From Epithemia pelagica (taxonomy: Eukaryota; Protista; Bacillariophyta), in assembly GCA_946965045.2 (NCBI GenBank), contig OX337241.1, forward strand, positions 434,001 to 498,000: DNA of 64,000 bases, read 5' to 3'. A model generated the notes under the pieces. It had not been told where the DNA came from, made no database searches, and was given only the letters and a program-made list of their open reading frames with translations. Below, piece after piece: positions 1 through 12,397 of this stretch (the stretch's first letter is position 1; the number at the start of each line of letters is the position of its first letter). Position numbers and translations under genes: made by a program.

Positions 1-3000
1 GATTTGTCGCCATTTGTTTCGCGTGAGAACAACTCTAGAATCCACATGTTTTGGAATGTGAAAATGTTGTCACTTATAGTCCACGTCATAAGGTAGCTGA
101 TGATGCAATGCATTTTGGGTGCGGCAACTTTAATGGTATACTTGTTCCTGTTCGACTTGAGACTATTGTACTATAAGATTTGTTGCCATTTGTTTCGTGT
201 GAGAACAACTCTAGTATCCAAAGGTTTTGGAATGTGAAAATGTTGTCACTTATCGTCCACGCCATAAGGTATCTGATGATGCAATGCAATTTGGGTTCGG
301 TAACTTTGATGGTATACTTGTTCATGTTGGACTCGAGGCTATTGTACTACAAGATTTGTCGCCATTCGTTTCGCGTGAGAACAACTCTAGTATCCACAGG
401 TTTTGGTATGTGAAACTGTTGTCACTTATAGTCCACGCCCAAAATAAGCATATGATGCAATGCAATATGGGTGCGGCTACTTTAATGGTATACTTGTTCC
501 TGTTTGACTTGAGGCTATTGTACTATAAGATTTGTCGCCATTTGTTTCGCGTGAGAACAACTCTAGAATCCAAAGGTTTTGGAATGTGAAACTGTTGTCA
601 CTTATAGTCCGCGCCATAAGGTAGCTGATAATGCAATGCAATTTAGGTTCGGTAACTTTGATGGTATACTTGTTCATGTTGGACTCGAGGCTATTGTACT
701 ACAAGATTTGTCGCCATTTGTTTCGCGTGAGAACAACTCTAGTATCCACAGGTTTTGGAATGTGAAACTGTTGTCACTTATAGTCCACGTCATAAGGTAG
801 ATGATGATGCAATGCAATTTAGGTTCGGTAACTTTGATGGTATACTTGTTCCTGTTCGACTTGAGGCTATTGTACTATTAGATTTGTTGCCATTTGTTTC
901 GCGTGAGAACAACTCTAGTATCCAAAGGTTTTGGAATGTGAAACTGTTGTCACTTATCGTCCACGCCAAAAGGTAGCTGATAATGCAATGCAATTTGGGT
1001 GTGGCAACTTTGATGGTATACTTGTTCCTGTTCGACTTGAGGCTATTGGAATGTCAAACTGTTGTCACTTATCGTCCACGCCAAAAGGTAGCTGATAATG
1101 CAATGCAATTTGGGTTCGGCAACTTTGATGGTATACTTGTTCCTGTTCGACTTGAGGCTATTGTACTATAAGATTTGTCGCCATTTGTTTCGCGTGAGAA
1201 CAACTCTAGTATCCAAAGGTTTTGGAATGTCAAACTGTTGTCACTAATAGTCCACGCCAAAAGGTAGCTGATGATGCAATGCAATTTGGGTGCGGCAACT
1301 TTGATGGTATACTTGTTCCTGCTCGACTTGAGGCTATTGTACTACAAGATTTGTCGCCATTTGTTTCGCGTGAGAACAACTCTAGTATCCAAAGGTTTTG
1401 GAATGTGAAAATGTTGTCACTTATCGTCCACGCCAAAAGGTAGCTGATGATGCAATGCAATTTGGGTGCGGCAACTTTGATGGTATACTTGTTCATGTTG
1501 GACTTGAGGCTATTGTACTATAAGATTTGTCGCGATTTGTTTCGCGTGAGAACAACTCTAGTATCCACATGTTTTGGAATGTGAAACTGGTGTCACTTAT
1601 AGTCCACGCCATAAGCTATCTGAAACTGCAATGCAATTTGGGTTCGGCAACTTTGATGGTATACTTGTTCCTGTTCGACTTGAGGCTATTGGACTACAAG
1701 ATTTGTCGCCATTTGTTTCGTGTGAGAACAACTCTAGTATCCACATGTTTTGGAATGTGAAAATGTTGTCACTTATCGTCCACGCCAAAAGCTATCTGAA
1801 ACTGCAATGCACTTTGGGTGCGGCAACTTTGATGGTATACTTGTTCCTGTTCGACTTGAGGCTATTGTACTATAAGATTTGTCGCCATTTGTTTCGCGTG
1901 AGAACAACTCTAGTATCCAAAGGTTTTGGAATGTGAAACTGTTGTCACTTATTAACCACGCCATAAGGTAGATGATGATGCAATGCAATTTGGTTCGGTA
2001 ACTTTGATGGTATACTTGTTCCTGTTCGACTTGAGGCTATTGTACTATAAGATTTGTCGCCATTTGTTTCGCGTGAGAACAACTCTAGTATCCAAAGGTT
2101 TTGGAATGTGAAACTATTGTCACTTATAGTCCACGTCATAAGGTAGCTGATAATGCAATGCAATTTGGGTGCGGCAACTTTGATGGTATACTTGTTCCTG
2201 TTCGACTTGAGGCTATTGTACTATAAGATTTGTCGCCATTTGTTTCGCGTGAGAACAACTCTAGAATCCACATGTTTTGGAATGTGAAAATGTTGTCACT
2301 TATAGTCCACGCCCAAAATAAGCTTATGATGCAATGTAATTTGGGTGCGGCAACTTTAATGGTATACTTGCTCCTGTTCGACTTGAGGCTATTGTACTAC
2401 AAGATTTGTCGCCATTTGTTTCGCGTGAGAATAACTCTAGTATCCACAGGTTTTGGAATGTGAAACTGTTGTCACTTATAGTCCACGTCATAAGGTAGCT
2501 GATAATGCAATGCAATTTTGGTGCGGCAACTTTGATGGTATACTTGTTCCTGTTCGACTTGAGGCTATTGTACTATAAGATTTGTCGCCATTTGTTTCGC
2601 GTGAGAACAACTCTAGTATCCACAGGTTTTGGAATGTGAAACTGTTGTCACTTATCGTCCACGCCATAAGGTATCTGATGATGCAATGCAATTTGGGTTC
2701 GGTAACTTTGATGGTATACTTGTTCCTGTTCGACTTGAGGCTATTGTACTACAAGATTTGTCGCCATTTGTTTCGCGTGAGAACAACTCAAGTATCCACA
2801 GGTTTTGGAATATGAAACTGTTGTCACTTATAGTCCACGCCATAAGGTATCTGATGATGCAATGCAATTTGGTTTCGGTAACTTTGATGGTATACTTGTT
2901 CCTGTTCGACTTGAGGCTATTGTACTATAAGATTTGTCGCGATTTGTTTCGTGTGAGAACAACTCTAGTATCAATATGTTTTGGAATGTGAAACTGTTGT

Positions 3001-4258
3001 CACTTATAGTCCACGTCATAAGGTAGCTGATGATGCAATGCATTTTGGGTGCGGCAACTTTGATGGTATACTTGTTCCTGTTCGACTTAAGGCTATTGTA
3101 CTATAAGATTTGTCGCCATTTGTTTCGCGTGAGAACAACTCTAGTATCAACATGTTTTGGAATGTGACACTGTTGTCACTTATAGTCCACGCCATAAGGT
3201 ATCTGATGATGCAATGCAATTTGGGTGCGGCAACTTTGATGGTATACTTGTTCCTGTTCGACTTGAGGCTATTGTACTACAAGATTTGTCGCCATTTGTT
3301 TCGCGTGAGAACAACTCTAGTATCCAAAGGTTTTGGAATGTGAAACTATTGTCACTTATAGTCCACGTCATGAGGTATCTGATGATGCAATGCAATTTGG
3401 GTGCGGCAACTTTGATGGTATACTTGTTCCTGTTCGACTTGAGGCTATTGTACTATAAGATTTGTCGCGATTTGTTTCGTGTGAGAACAACTCTAGTATC
3501 AATATGTTTTGGAATGTGAAACTGTTGTCACTTATAGTCCACGTCATAAGGTATCTGATGATGCAATGCATTTTGGGTGCGGCAACTTTGATGGTATACT
3601 TGTTCCTGTTCGACTTAAGGCTATTGTACTATAAGATTTGTCGCCATTTGTTTCGCGTGAGAACAACTCTAGTATCAACATGTTTTGGAATGTGACACTG
3701 TTGTCACTTATAGTCCACGCCATAAGGTATCTGATGATGCAATGCAATTTGGGTGCGGCAACTTTGATGGTATACTTGTTCCTGTTCGACTTGAGGCTAT
3801 TGTACTACAAGATTTGTCGCCATTTGTTTCGCGTGAGAACAACTCTAGTATCCACATGTTTTGGAATGTGAAACTGTTGTCACTTATAGTCCACGTCATA
3901 AGGTATCTGATGATGCAATGCAATATGGGTTTGGCAACTTTGATGGTATACTTGTTCCTGTTCGACTTGAGGCTATTGTACTATAAGATTTGTCGCCATT
4001 TGTTTCGCGTGAGAACAACTCTAGTATCCACAGGTTTTGGAATGTGAAACTGTTGTCATTGATAGGCCACGGCATAAGCTATCTGAAACTGCAATGCAAT
4101 TTGGGTGCGGTAACTTTGATGGTATACTTGTTCCTGTTCCACTTGAGGCTATTGCACTATAAGATTTGTCGCCATTTGTTTCGCGTGAGAACAACTCTAG
4201 TATCAACATGTTTTGGAATGTGAAAATGGTGTCACTTATAGCCCACTGCATAAGCTAT
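1..4258. repeat. Tandem satellite array, 176-bp monomer, about 24 copies in window (continues off the left edge)
   Basis: The same monomer (gatttgtcgccatttgtttcgcgtgagaacaactctagtatcc...gaggctattgtactataa) recurs every 176 bp (e.g. ttggaatgt at 579, 755, 1222, 1574, 2629, 3157, 3685). One monomer has a ~61-bp deletion near 1050 and one a 1-bp deletion near 1993. Confidence 0.98.
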
Positions 4259-7200
4259 CCCACATCCGAATACAGGTATATGCTATATCTGTCATCTATA
4301 TGAACCCTCGGTGGTGGATGCTTCGTAGTTCTAAAGCAGACATGGAATTCTTTACATTCCGCTGACATCCCGCTACACTTTTCTGCAATCAAAGGTTTTG
4401 CTCGAAAGAGGCCCTTCATTTCACAAACTCTTGATAAGCAAACATAGTTCCAGTTTCCAGTGTAATCCCAGTTCGATATGTAGAGGAACTCAATTGACCG
4501 TCCTTGCAGTTTATGGACGGTTCTTGCGTTTGACACGTTCACAGGAAGCTGGGCCATCTTCATCATTTTCCGAACTCTTGTCATGTTAAGCAGTGGCAAT
4601 GGAAACTGTACTTGTTGACAGACAGTTTCTGGTTTTAGAATGACGAGTTGGTTACGTCCACCATCCAACATCTCCACTTTTAGTCCTTCAAGTTGGGAGA
4701 CCTTTATACTCCAAACATAGAACCCATCAATTATTATTTTTTCCATGTCATTCATCGTAACACCTTGTTTGAGAACAAGTCCCTTGAATTCACACATTGC
4801 TCCATTTGCAATACATGAATCAACTTTTTTATTCTCATTGATGCACAATGGTCTTCCATAGTACAGTTTCAGCAGAGGGTCATATCTTTTGTTGTCTTTT
4901 CCTTGTAGATGTCCTTCTCCACATGTTGCATAGAGGATATCTTCGCACGACTTGTTAAAATTGATGTATTCAGAACGTGTCCCAGCTTTCCTCCACTTCA
5001 AATTGGAGGCTTTTATACAGACTGTGTGTAGTGGTGGCTGTACAGTTGGATCTTTTGAATGGGTGTTTTCGAGATGTTTCCCAAAAATAGCATCATTGAT
5101 GGCAGCGCGATCAAGGTTGGTTTTTGTTGCATATACCACATTTGGGGGTATATCACTTTCTGTTGGTCCACCTCTTGAACCAACAACCCGAGTGTTAATC
5201 TTCTGAACGTCTCTGTCACTTGGCCCTTCATCCCGGAATATTGAAAGTAAGTTACCCCAAGGTGGATCCAAATGAAACCTGTGGTTTGTTTTTAGCTCAA
5301 GAAAAGTATGGACCCATTCATACCATTTTTCAAAGTCTTTGAATAAATACAAGGGCTGAGCTTTCACTGGTTTGAGCTGCGTAAAATCTCCAGCGAAGAC
5401 AATTGGAATCCCCCCAAATTTGTGATCTGGCTTCAAAATGCGTCTCAATTTGTAATCCAGTTTATCAACAACATCTCTTGATGCAAAAGAAATTTCATCT
5501 ACAATCAAGAGATAAGCATTCTTCCATTCTTCTGGTTCATTGGTAACTTCCCTGTTTAATGCACAAGCCATATGTGTCGTTTCACCATTGATTCCAACAG
5601 CTGCTGCACCAGTAAGGGCTGTAACAACAATTGTACGTTTGTCATACCTGACCTTGAGGTTGGAACAGAGATTTTTGGCATATCTCACAAGTGTTTTGAT
5701 GACATGGCTTTTCCCAGATCCACCTGCTCTAGAAAGAAAGGATATGAACTGGGATCCTTGATTAACCTTCTGCAAAGTCTCTCTTGTGTGATTCATTTTT
5801 CTTCTACAGAATGCAGGCATTTGTTCTTGTCCAGTCGTGTCTTTTGCTGCTTCATCGTGGAGGCGAAGTACAAATGCAGACATTATGGCCTCGAATGCAT
5901 ATTCCTGGTCTTCATCACCTCTGAAGTGATGAACAGCGTATTCCCGGATATTCTTCAATGTTCCAGTTGCTTTTATTTCGTCGTGTCCATCATCCATGGT
6001 AATCCTTTCTGTTCTTGATATTGCTAGCTCATGAAGTGCTTTCTTTGTCACAAAAGTTGAATAACGAGAAATGAAATCATCATCGTCTAGACCACTTGGA
6101 TGCTGTTGATCTGGATCCATTTCCTTGCTTTGGGTTTCAAAAACGTTTGCACCCACACGTTCTCCAAGATTGGGAGTCGCAATGTTTTGCACACCACATT
6201 TTACAGAGCCACATTTTCGGATGATTGATGAGGAAAACTGATAAATGTTGTTTGACGTTCTCAACTGAAGTCCTGAGTCATTTAGTTCATTCATTGTTTC
6301 AACCAATTCTTCAAATGCACTGTCAATGTCGTCGTGATTGGTTTCTTCAGCATTATTCTCATTATAAGACCCATGGCCACAAGCAGCTGACGGGCATGAT
6401 GTTTCAGACTCAAGAGAATCACACGGTCGCCCAGCTTCCAAACTATTGCGACAATCCTGAATATTTGCAAGAATCTCACAATGTGCTTCTGTTATAATTC
6501 CACTGCAAAGTGCCTCCTGGAAACTTCTAACGTATGAGCCTGCAACCGTCAAATCCGTTTGAACTGAACGAAAGGGATGAAACAGTAAGTTTGCCTTCTT
6601 GGCATAAAGTTCCATAGCATGATGCTCCTCCTCGAGAATTTCAGGTAGTTCAATAGAATCAATCGGTTGGTTTCCAAAAGAACTGGTGTTCATGAAATCT
6701 CTGTAATTGACCACAGGAACCTTGATGTGTTTGCTTGCCTGCACACCAAGATGATTTTTTGATGGATGGTCCTTCATCCATTCCAGACTGCTTTTTGTTC
6801 TTCTGCTCACTGTGAACTGGGACAAAAAATCATACAAACAAGTGCCTTCTAGTTCTTCTGGACGCAATGAGTAGTTTGCGACACTTGAAGTCAAAAAAGG
6901 TGTCCCCTCAATGGAATCAACAGACAAATCATTCAGACCATCTGTTTCAAAATGGTTCAAATTGACATATGCAAAATCATGAGAATAATGAAAACGTGAA
7001 CCTCCATTTCTCACCAAAAAAGATGCCATAGGAGCACTGCATATATGAGCAGAGGTGGAAAGCAACATTGCACCAATCAATGTTTTCATCACTGTAGCCA
7101 CTCTGTCGTTCTCATTGTCTTCTCCTCCTTGCTCTTGATTTGTGTCCGAAGACTCGTCCTCAAGTTGGAGTAAGGACTCTCTCATTTTCTTGATCATATG

Positions 7201-10114
7201 TTTTGCAGAATTTGTAAAAAGTTCATTGTCTTCTGTTTGTGTGTTCTTTGAAATGTAGCATGTCATATACATGACACTTCCTCCGTCCACTCCAGTGACA
7301 ACATTTGTATTGCAACCAAATAGCTTGCTTGCGTGGGAACTGTGAATATTGACAAATGCATCAGCATGGGCCCGTTTAGAGTTCAAGGTGAACAATTGTC
7401 TTGACTGCTCCTTTCCTTTCCAGTCAAACCAATCAGTCGTGTCTGCTGAAAATTTTAATTCTGTTTCGTCACATGACGCACATGGAACATGCATGCGACA
7501 TTCTTCTCCTTTCTTGAAGCAGGAATTTGCATGTTTTGAACGATGCAGATTGCGCAATACGTTCATGACAAATACGCCTTTGCTTGTCATCCGGGAAGGC
7601 TTCTTGAGCTGTTCCCGCATTAAGAGTAACTCCATGGCATTGGTGAGTTTTGTTTTGTCAGACAAATCTGACTCGGCATTGGTTTCATTTTCTCTTTGCT
7701 CTTGAGTAAAAGTCATTGTTTGGAAGATTTCCTTCAATCGGGAGAAAACCAAATCCTCACTTGTCATACATGTGTTACATCTTGTGCACTTGGCAATCGC
7801 TTTCCCACCAAGTGATGTAGTTCCAAGTTTTGTGCGCAAATTCCTGATGTCTTGTTTTGAGCAGAATTCGTAAACATTTGAAGTACAATCTTGTTGAACA
7901 CAGGAAGGAATGGCTTCACCATACATGTATGTGCTCATAACTTTTGATGCATATTCAACCAATTGTTCCGAGAACCGTTCTCTTGTTGCCTCATCTCCAA
8001 GTCCTTGAAGTAGCACAGACCATTTCATCAGATACAACAGGAAATGTGCATGAAGTGTTTTCCTGCCTTGTTCCTCAACTGCATAACACCACGCTATCAG
8101 ATCACCAAAAATTCCAAGATCTTTTATGTTTTCCTCTTGTTCATATCCCAACCAAGTAGATGCTGAATAGTAATTGCTATCACATTTTCAAACTCAATGG
8201 CACAAAGCCCTGGATGAACTTGCCGAATTCCACCACACTCAAGTATATATTCGTGTTGGTCATGAACCGGTGTTGTGTTTGGATCAGGAGGATTCCTTTC
8301 ACCACTTTTTTTGTTTGCCATTACACGTATTCTGAAATTCACTGCATCCTCAGGTGTAATGGTAAACATGACACTTGGCAGGCCAAATCTTGCAATCATT
8401 GCCAACATATTCTGCCGTGCTTTCTTTGCAGCAGCACCTGTGTGTCCCATTGATGAAGTAATTGCTTTCATCTTTTTCAAAAAATTGTCACTTGGAGCTG
8501 ATCCTTGTGCGGAATCAAGATGTCGTTGTATAGCTTCCTCAATCTGCTTATCTGTGATTGTTGCAAATGATTCTGCCTGTGCTTCACTGGTTCTCAAATA
8601 AGAGTTTGACACCATTCTCTGTCGCTCAAACATGTTGTGAATAATGCACACAAAATCGGCACGATGGAAACTTTTAGTTGAATGTCTCATGAGATATTCA
8701 CAATATTTCATGCCAGAATGTGGTTGACCTTGACTGTCGTATGCACCAATACCAAATGGGAACTGAAGCGGAAAAGCCTTAAGAAGATTTTCGCCCTGAT
8801 AGTCTTTCAATAATGTTTTTGATGAATGCGAAATCAAAGTTGCATCCTTATTCTCGTGGTCAGCCAAAAGACAATCAAGTGTTACCTGCTTGAAATCATT
8901 TTGTGATGAACAGCCGCCATTGATTAACTGTGGTTCATCGGAGTCTGGGAAAACAGCTGTTATTTCAAAGACTTGTTCCACATTTGATGAAGCTGTTTCA
9001 TCAATGTCCTCACTTTTGTCAATAATTATTGGCTCAATGATTTTGTCGCCCAGCAAATCCAAGTCTTTGTATAAATGATTGTTGTCCTTCAGCCATTGAA
9101 CTGCCATATGGACCTTATTCCAACGAACCTTTGTACGCTGGTATGTCAGAGCTTTCTGTCTGGGTGTGAATGGTCCTGTTAGAATGACAGCAATTTGTGG
9201 TAGTAATGGAGAATCCTGTGGATCTTCTTGAATGTCTTCATCGTCATGATGCTCAGTTTCTTCTTTGCCGTCATTGCTGGTGTTCCCCTCAGATGTATTT
9301 GTAGTGGAGTTGTTGGCAGTACTTTCGATATCTTCATTGCTGTCATTATCATCACCAATACTTTCTGCATCAAACAATGCAGTTTCAGCCCAGTGTACAG
9401 GGAGTTCCTGCCCATTTTGCGTGTCATTATCATTAGTTGAATTCTGCCCTGTTGCTGTACGACACCAATTAATCACTCCATTTACTGCATTTAGGTCATT
9501 GTAGTACAACGCATGCCACCCCTTGATAGATTTATGTGACCCTGCGGTAAACGAAAAGATATGTTTGTTTGTTCTTGCAGGTGAAATCAAAGCCAGCTCA
9601 ACTTCATTCAAATCTTGCAAACGGGCAGGTGTGGGACCAAACATCAATCCATTAAATATGGCATATTTGGGGACCTTGTCAGGATCACATGATTCTTTCT
9701 TCATTTGAATAATAGTATTGTAACAAGTGCTACAACATCCCAGTCCTTCACTTTTCTGCCCCTTTTTCAATGCATATGAAGATGGGGAAAGAACAAGCTG
9801 CTGCAGAAAGCGATATCGTGCAGTGTTTCTTGCATTATAACAACTTTGTGTGTAATGCCCCTTGATTATTTTCTTGCTGTCTTCTGAGATGCTGCAATGG
9901 GTGAAATCCAGATTTGCCTTCAGAAATTTGGGTTGAATTTGTCTGTGCTTTAGATCTTCTAGTTTAAACATTTCTCATGTCCAACCTTGATGAACTGGTT
10001 GCAAACACAACACACTTTTGGAAAAAACTTATCTCCGTCTTTATACAATAGGGAGTCACGGCATGCTGCTGCTTTAGCAACCCCTTTCTCAATGGAAGAG
10101 TCTCTAACATACAT
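4255..10114 (-). pseudogene. Helitron RepHel protein (Zn-binding/DUF6570-like region, HUH Rep, PIF1 SF1B helicase) split by two -1 frameshifts
   Basis: Motifs in order: VCCVCNQF and CCSTC, LKAFPLQFPFG, FGLPSVMFTIT, EEQGRKTLHAH (HUH), YMTCYISK (catalytic Tyr), RAGGSGKS (Walker A, first G replaced by R), IVDEIS, FGGIPIVFAGDFTQLKPV, TVHKLQGRS, YVCLSRV. The ORFs 9959-10228, 8124-9971 and 4255-8151 join if one A is restored at 9971-9973 and one at 8129-8132, giving 1953 aa. Confidence 0.92.
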
Positions 10115-10336
10115 GCTAGCTAGGCCTGCTATGGAAACACTGAGTGTTACCAAGCAGCTGCATAAATTTTGTGGCAGTAAGATTTGCATAATTTGGTCGA
10201 CGCAAAGTAGAAAGTAGAAAGTAGACAACTTTGCTTACTCGCTAACATGGGGCTCGTCGGCTCGTCAGCCAAAGTGTTATTACTACTAATTTTGTCGCAA
10301 CCGTTATGTCTGTTTGTATTCTCCTTGGGCCCATTT

Positions 10337-11125
10337 TCATTCGTCATTGGGTTCGTCGCCAATTTTGGATTCGTCAACCTCTGATCTACACTCCTCCTGA
10401 TCCTGAGAGGCATCCTGCTTTTCACGCACACCCTTGGGGTATCCCCACTTGTCCACCGCGCATTTCGCCAACATGTCGTAGCGGTCACGTGAGAACACCA
10501 AATCTGCCACACCTTCCTCCTCACCACCCAAGAACTCGTATAGGTCCTGGCACTTTTCAAGTGGAAAATAATTCTCAACAATCATGGCGACATTCTCATT
10601 TGGTAAGACTTCGTCCAACGATCGAGGGGGACTCTTGGAGTGCACAAGTCCTGCTTCATTGGTCTTGTAAGTGCGTAGAAACCCATTTTTCTTGTCCTCC
10701 GCAGTCATCACCCTGACCATCGTCTCACACGTCTTCTTCATCATTTGATCTTTCTGAAGCTCGTTTTCGGCATCCTCACAAAATCCTACGACAACCGACC
10801 AGTTGTACTCCCGACCATTCTTGTCGGGGTTTCCATTCAACATTGTGTTATCATTGTCACGGGAAACACGACGATAGAGTTTCTCGATTCTGATATCAAA
10901 CTCATCGAAAAGCTGCGACTCCTTGTCCTTTATCAACTCAAACACAGGCTCCATGAAGCCTGATCGGGGCTTCGTGGTCCCAGCAAGTTGCATGTATGCA
11001 ACAATAAACTGTCCATTCGGACCACAACGTTCGGAATGGACCTCGGTTACCTTGGTCTTGTTACGACCGGGAGAGGGAGCAACTCCCTTCTTCTTGGCGG
11101 TAGCAAACTTGAACTTCTTGCACAA
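10337..11125 (-). CDS. Hypothetical protein (up to 262 aa), probable Helitron accessory gene
   Basis: Long uninterrupted ORF with globular-looking composition and an acidic tail, co-oriented and just upstream of RepHel; no family recognised. Confidence 0.55.
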   Translation of the reverse strand: MCKKFKFATAKKKGVAPSPGRNKTKVTEVHSERCGPNGQFIVAYMQLAGTTKPRSGFMEPVFELIKDKESQLFDEFDIRIEKLYRRVSRDNDNTMLNGNPDKNGREYNWSVVVGFCEDAENELQKDQMMKKTCETMVRVMTAEDKKNGFLRTYKTNEAGLVHSKSPPRSLDEVLPNENVAMIVENYFPLEKCQDLYEFLGGEEEGVADLVFSRDRYDMLAKCAVDKWGYPKGVREKQDASQDQEECRSEVDESKIGDEPNDE

Positions 11126-11472
11126 ACAACAATCAAACTTAGATGAAAATGCCTCAATGAAGTATAAGAAACAAAATCACCACTTACCTTCTTCGTTGGG
11201 GGCATGATGAATATGGAACATCAGTTGATTGTTGCGCAGGGATTGTGGGTTGGATTGTGGTTCAACCAGGGACTGGGTCCAACAAGGGATTGGTGCTCGA
11301 CCAGATGGATTTGGGTTCAACCAGACAGATTGGGTTCAACCACCAGACAGATCGGGGGCATCATCAGGATTTGGGGTTCAACCAGGGTTTGGCAGGTGGT
11401 GACAAAGTCATCTGTACACGTCATCACAGGTGCAGATCATGGGTGTCATATTTGTGCAAATTGGCTTTTATC

Positions 11473-12006
11473 ATGTCGTCGAAGTGTCCTGGATTCATCC
11501 ATCACCCTGGTAATATGCCCACCATGGGGACTTCACCATTTCGGATGAAAACACTTGTGGCTCACTGTCCACATCAATTCGTTGGTTGCTATGTCTTGGT
11601 CAGTGACTGTTTGCGAGTGAAACTTGACGTTATTAAAAAACATACGACTGCTGGTCACGTCGTGAACCAGGTAAAAAACTTCTTGGGTGTGTTTACAGAC
11701 CTTGCACATCTTTGCCGTATCGATAATTCCAAGCTGATCCCGAAGAACTCGTACGTCTTCAACGAGGATAGTGATGTGATTGATAACACCATCACGCTTG
11801 AGCTTGTGATGATGAAAGTTGACCAGGAGGCTTTGTCCCGCCACCTCTGGTACTGGTCAGAAGAAGACGAAGAATCTTTTGAGTCTTCCTTTGGTGAGAT
11901 GAATGAATCGGAAATTCGCGACACCAGCAATGAAGAAACTGGTAACAAGAACGATAACCAGAAGGAAGTTGAAGACTCTGCTGTTGACGGAAACAAGGAA
12001 GATTAG
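11473..12006 (+). CDS. Hypothetical protein (~177 aa) with acidic C-terminus, divergent from the neighbouring accessory ORF
   Basis: Open frame from ATG 11473 to the stop at 12006; ordered N-terminal part and D/E/N-rich tail; start codon uncertain. Confidence 0.4.
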   Translation: MSSKCPGFIHHPGNMPTMGTSPFRMKTLVAHCPHQFVGCYVLVSDCLRVKLDVIKKHTTAGHVVNQVKNFLGVFTDLAHLCRIDNSKLIPKNSYVFNEDSDVIDNTITLELVMMKVDQEALSRHLWYWSEEDEESFESSFGEMNESEIRDTSNEETGNKNDNQKEVEDSAVDGNKED

Positions 12007-12397
12007 TAGATCACTTAGATTATATCTATAGTAGATTTGTTTCGATTCACGTTATCCCTATTTGTTGCTCTAGTAGTTATATATCCGAAAAATAGAGTTG
12101 TTAGCCGCATTGATGGCTACTTAGGACGACAATCAGTGTCGGCAAAACATACATTACTGCGAGAACAGAAACATCCGACGAGTAAACAATTTTGTCCGTC
12201 TTCTCTTGACGACCCAGTGCGAGCAACAAAGTCGTACACGCTCTCCATTTGGCCTTGGCCGCGCAACAACGGAACTTGAAAAAAAAATCGGAATCACCAA
12301 AATTTGCAATTGAAGAATATACCCCTCGATCATTGCCATCAGCAATCATGACTGTCGAAGGAAGGAACTCTGTGATCAAAAATACATGTTAACGTTT

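Noticed and set aside
86-4251. Dozens of short ORFs in the satellite
   Set aside because: The monomer length is not a multiple of 3, and ORFs recur in all frames on both strands with frequent stops; they are artefacts of the repeat.
1-4258. Possible CRISPR array
   Set aside because: Whole 176-bp units are repeated with only point variants; there are no unique spacers and no cas genes, and the context is eukaryotic.
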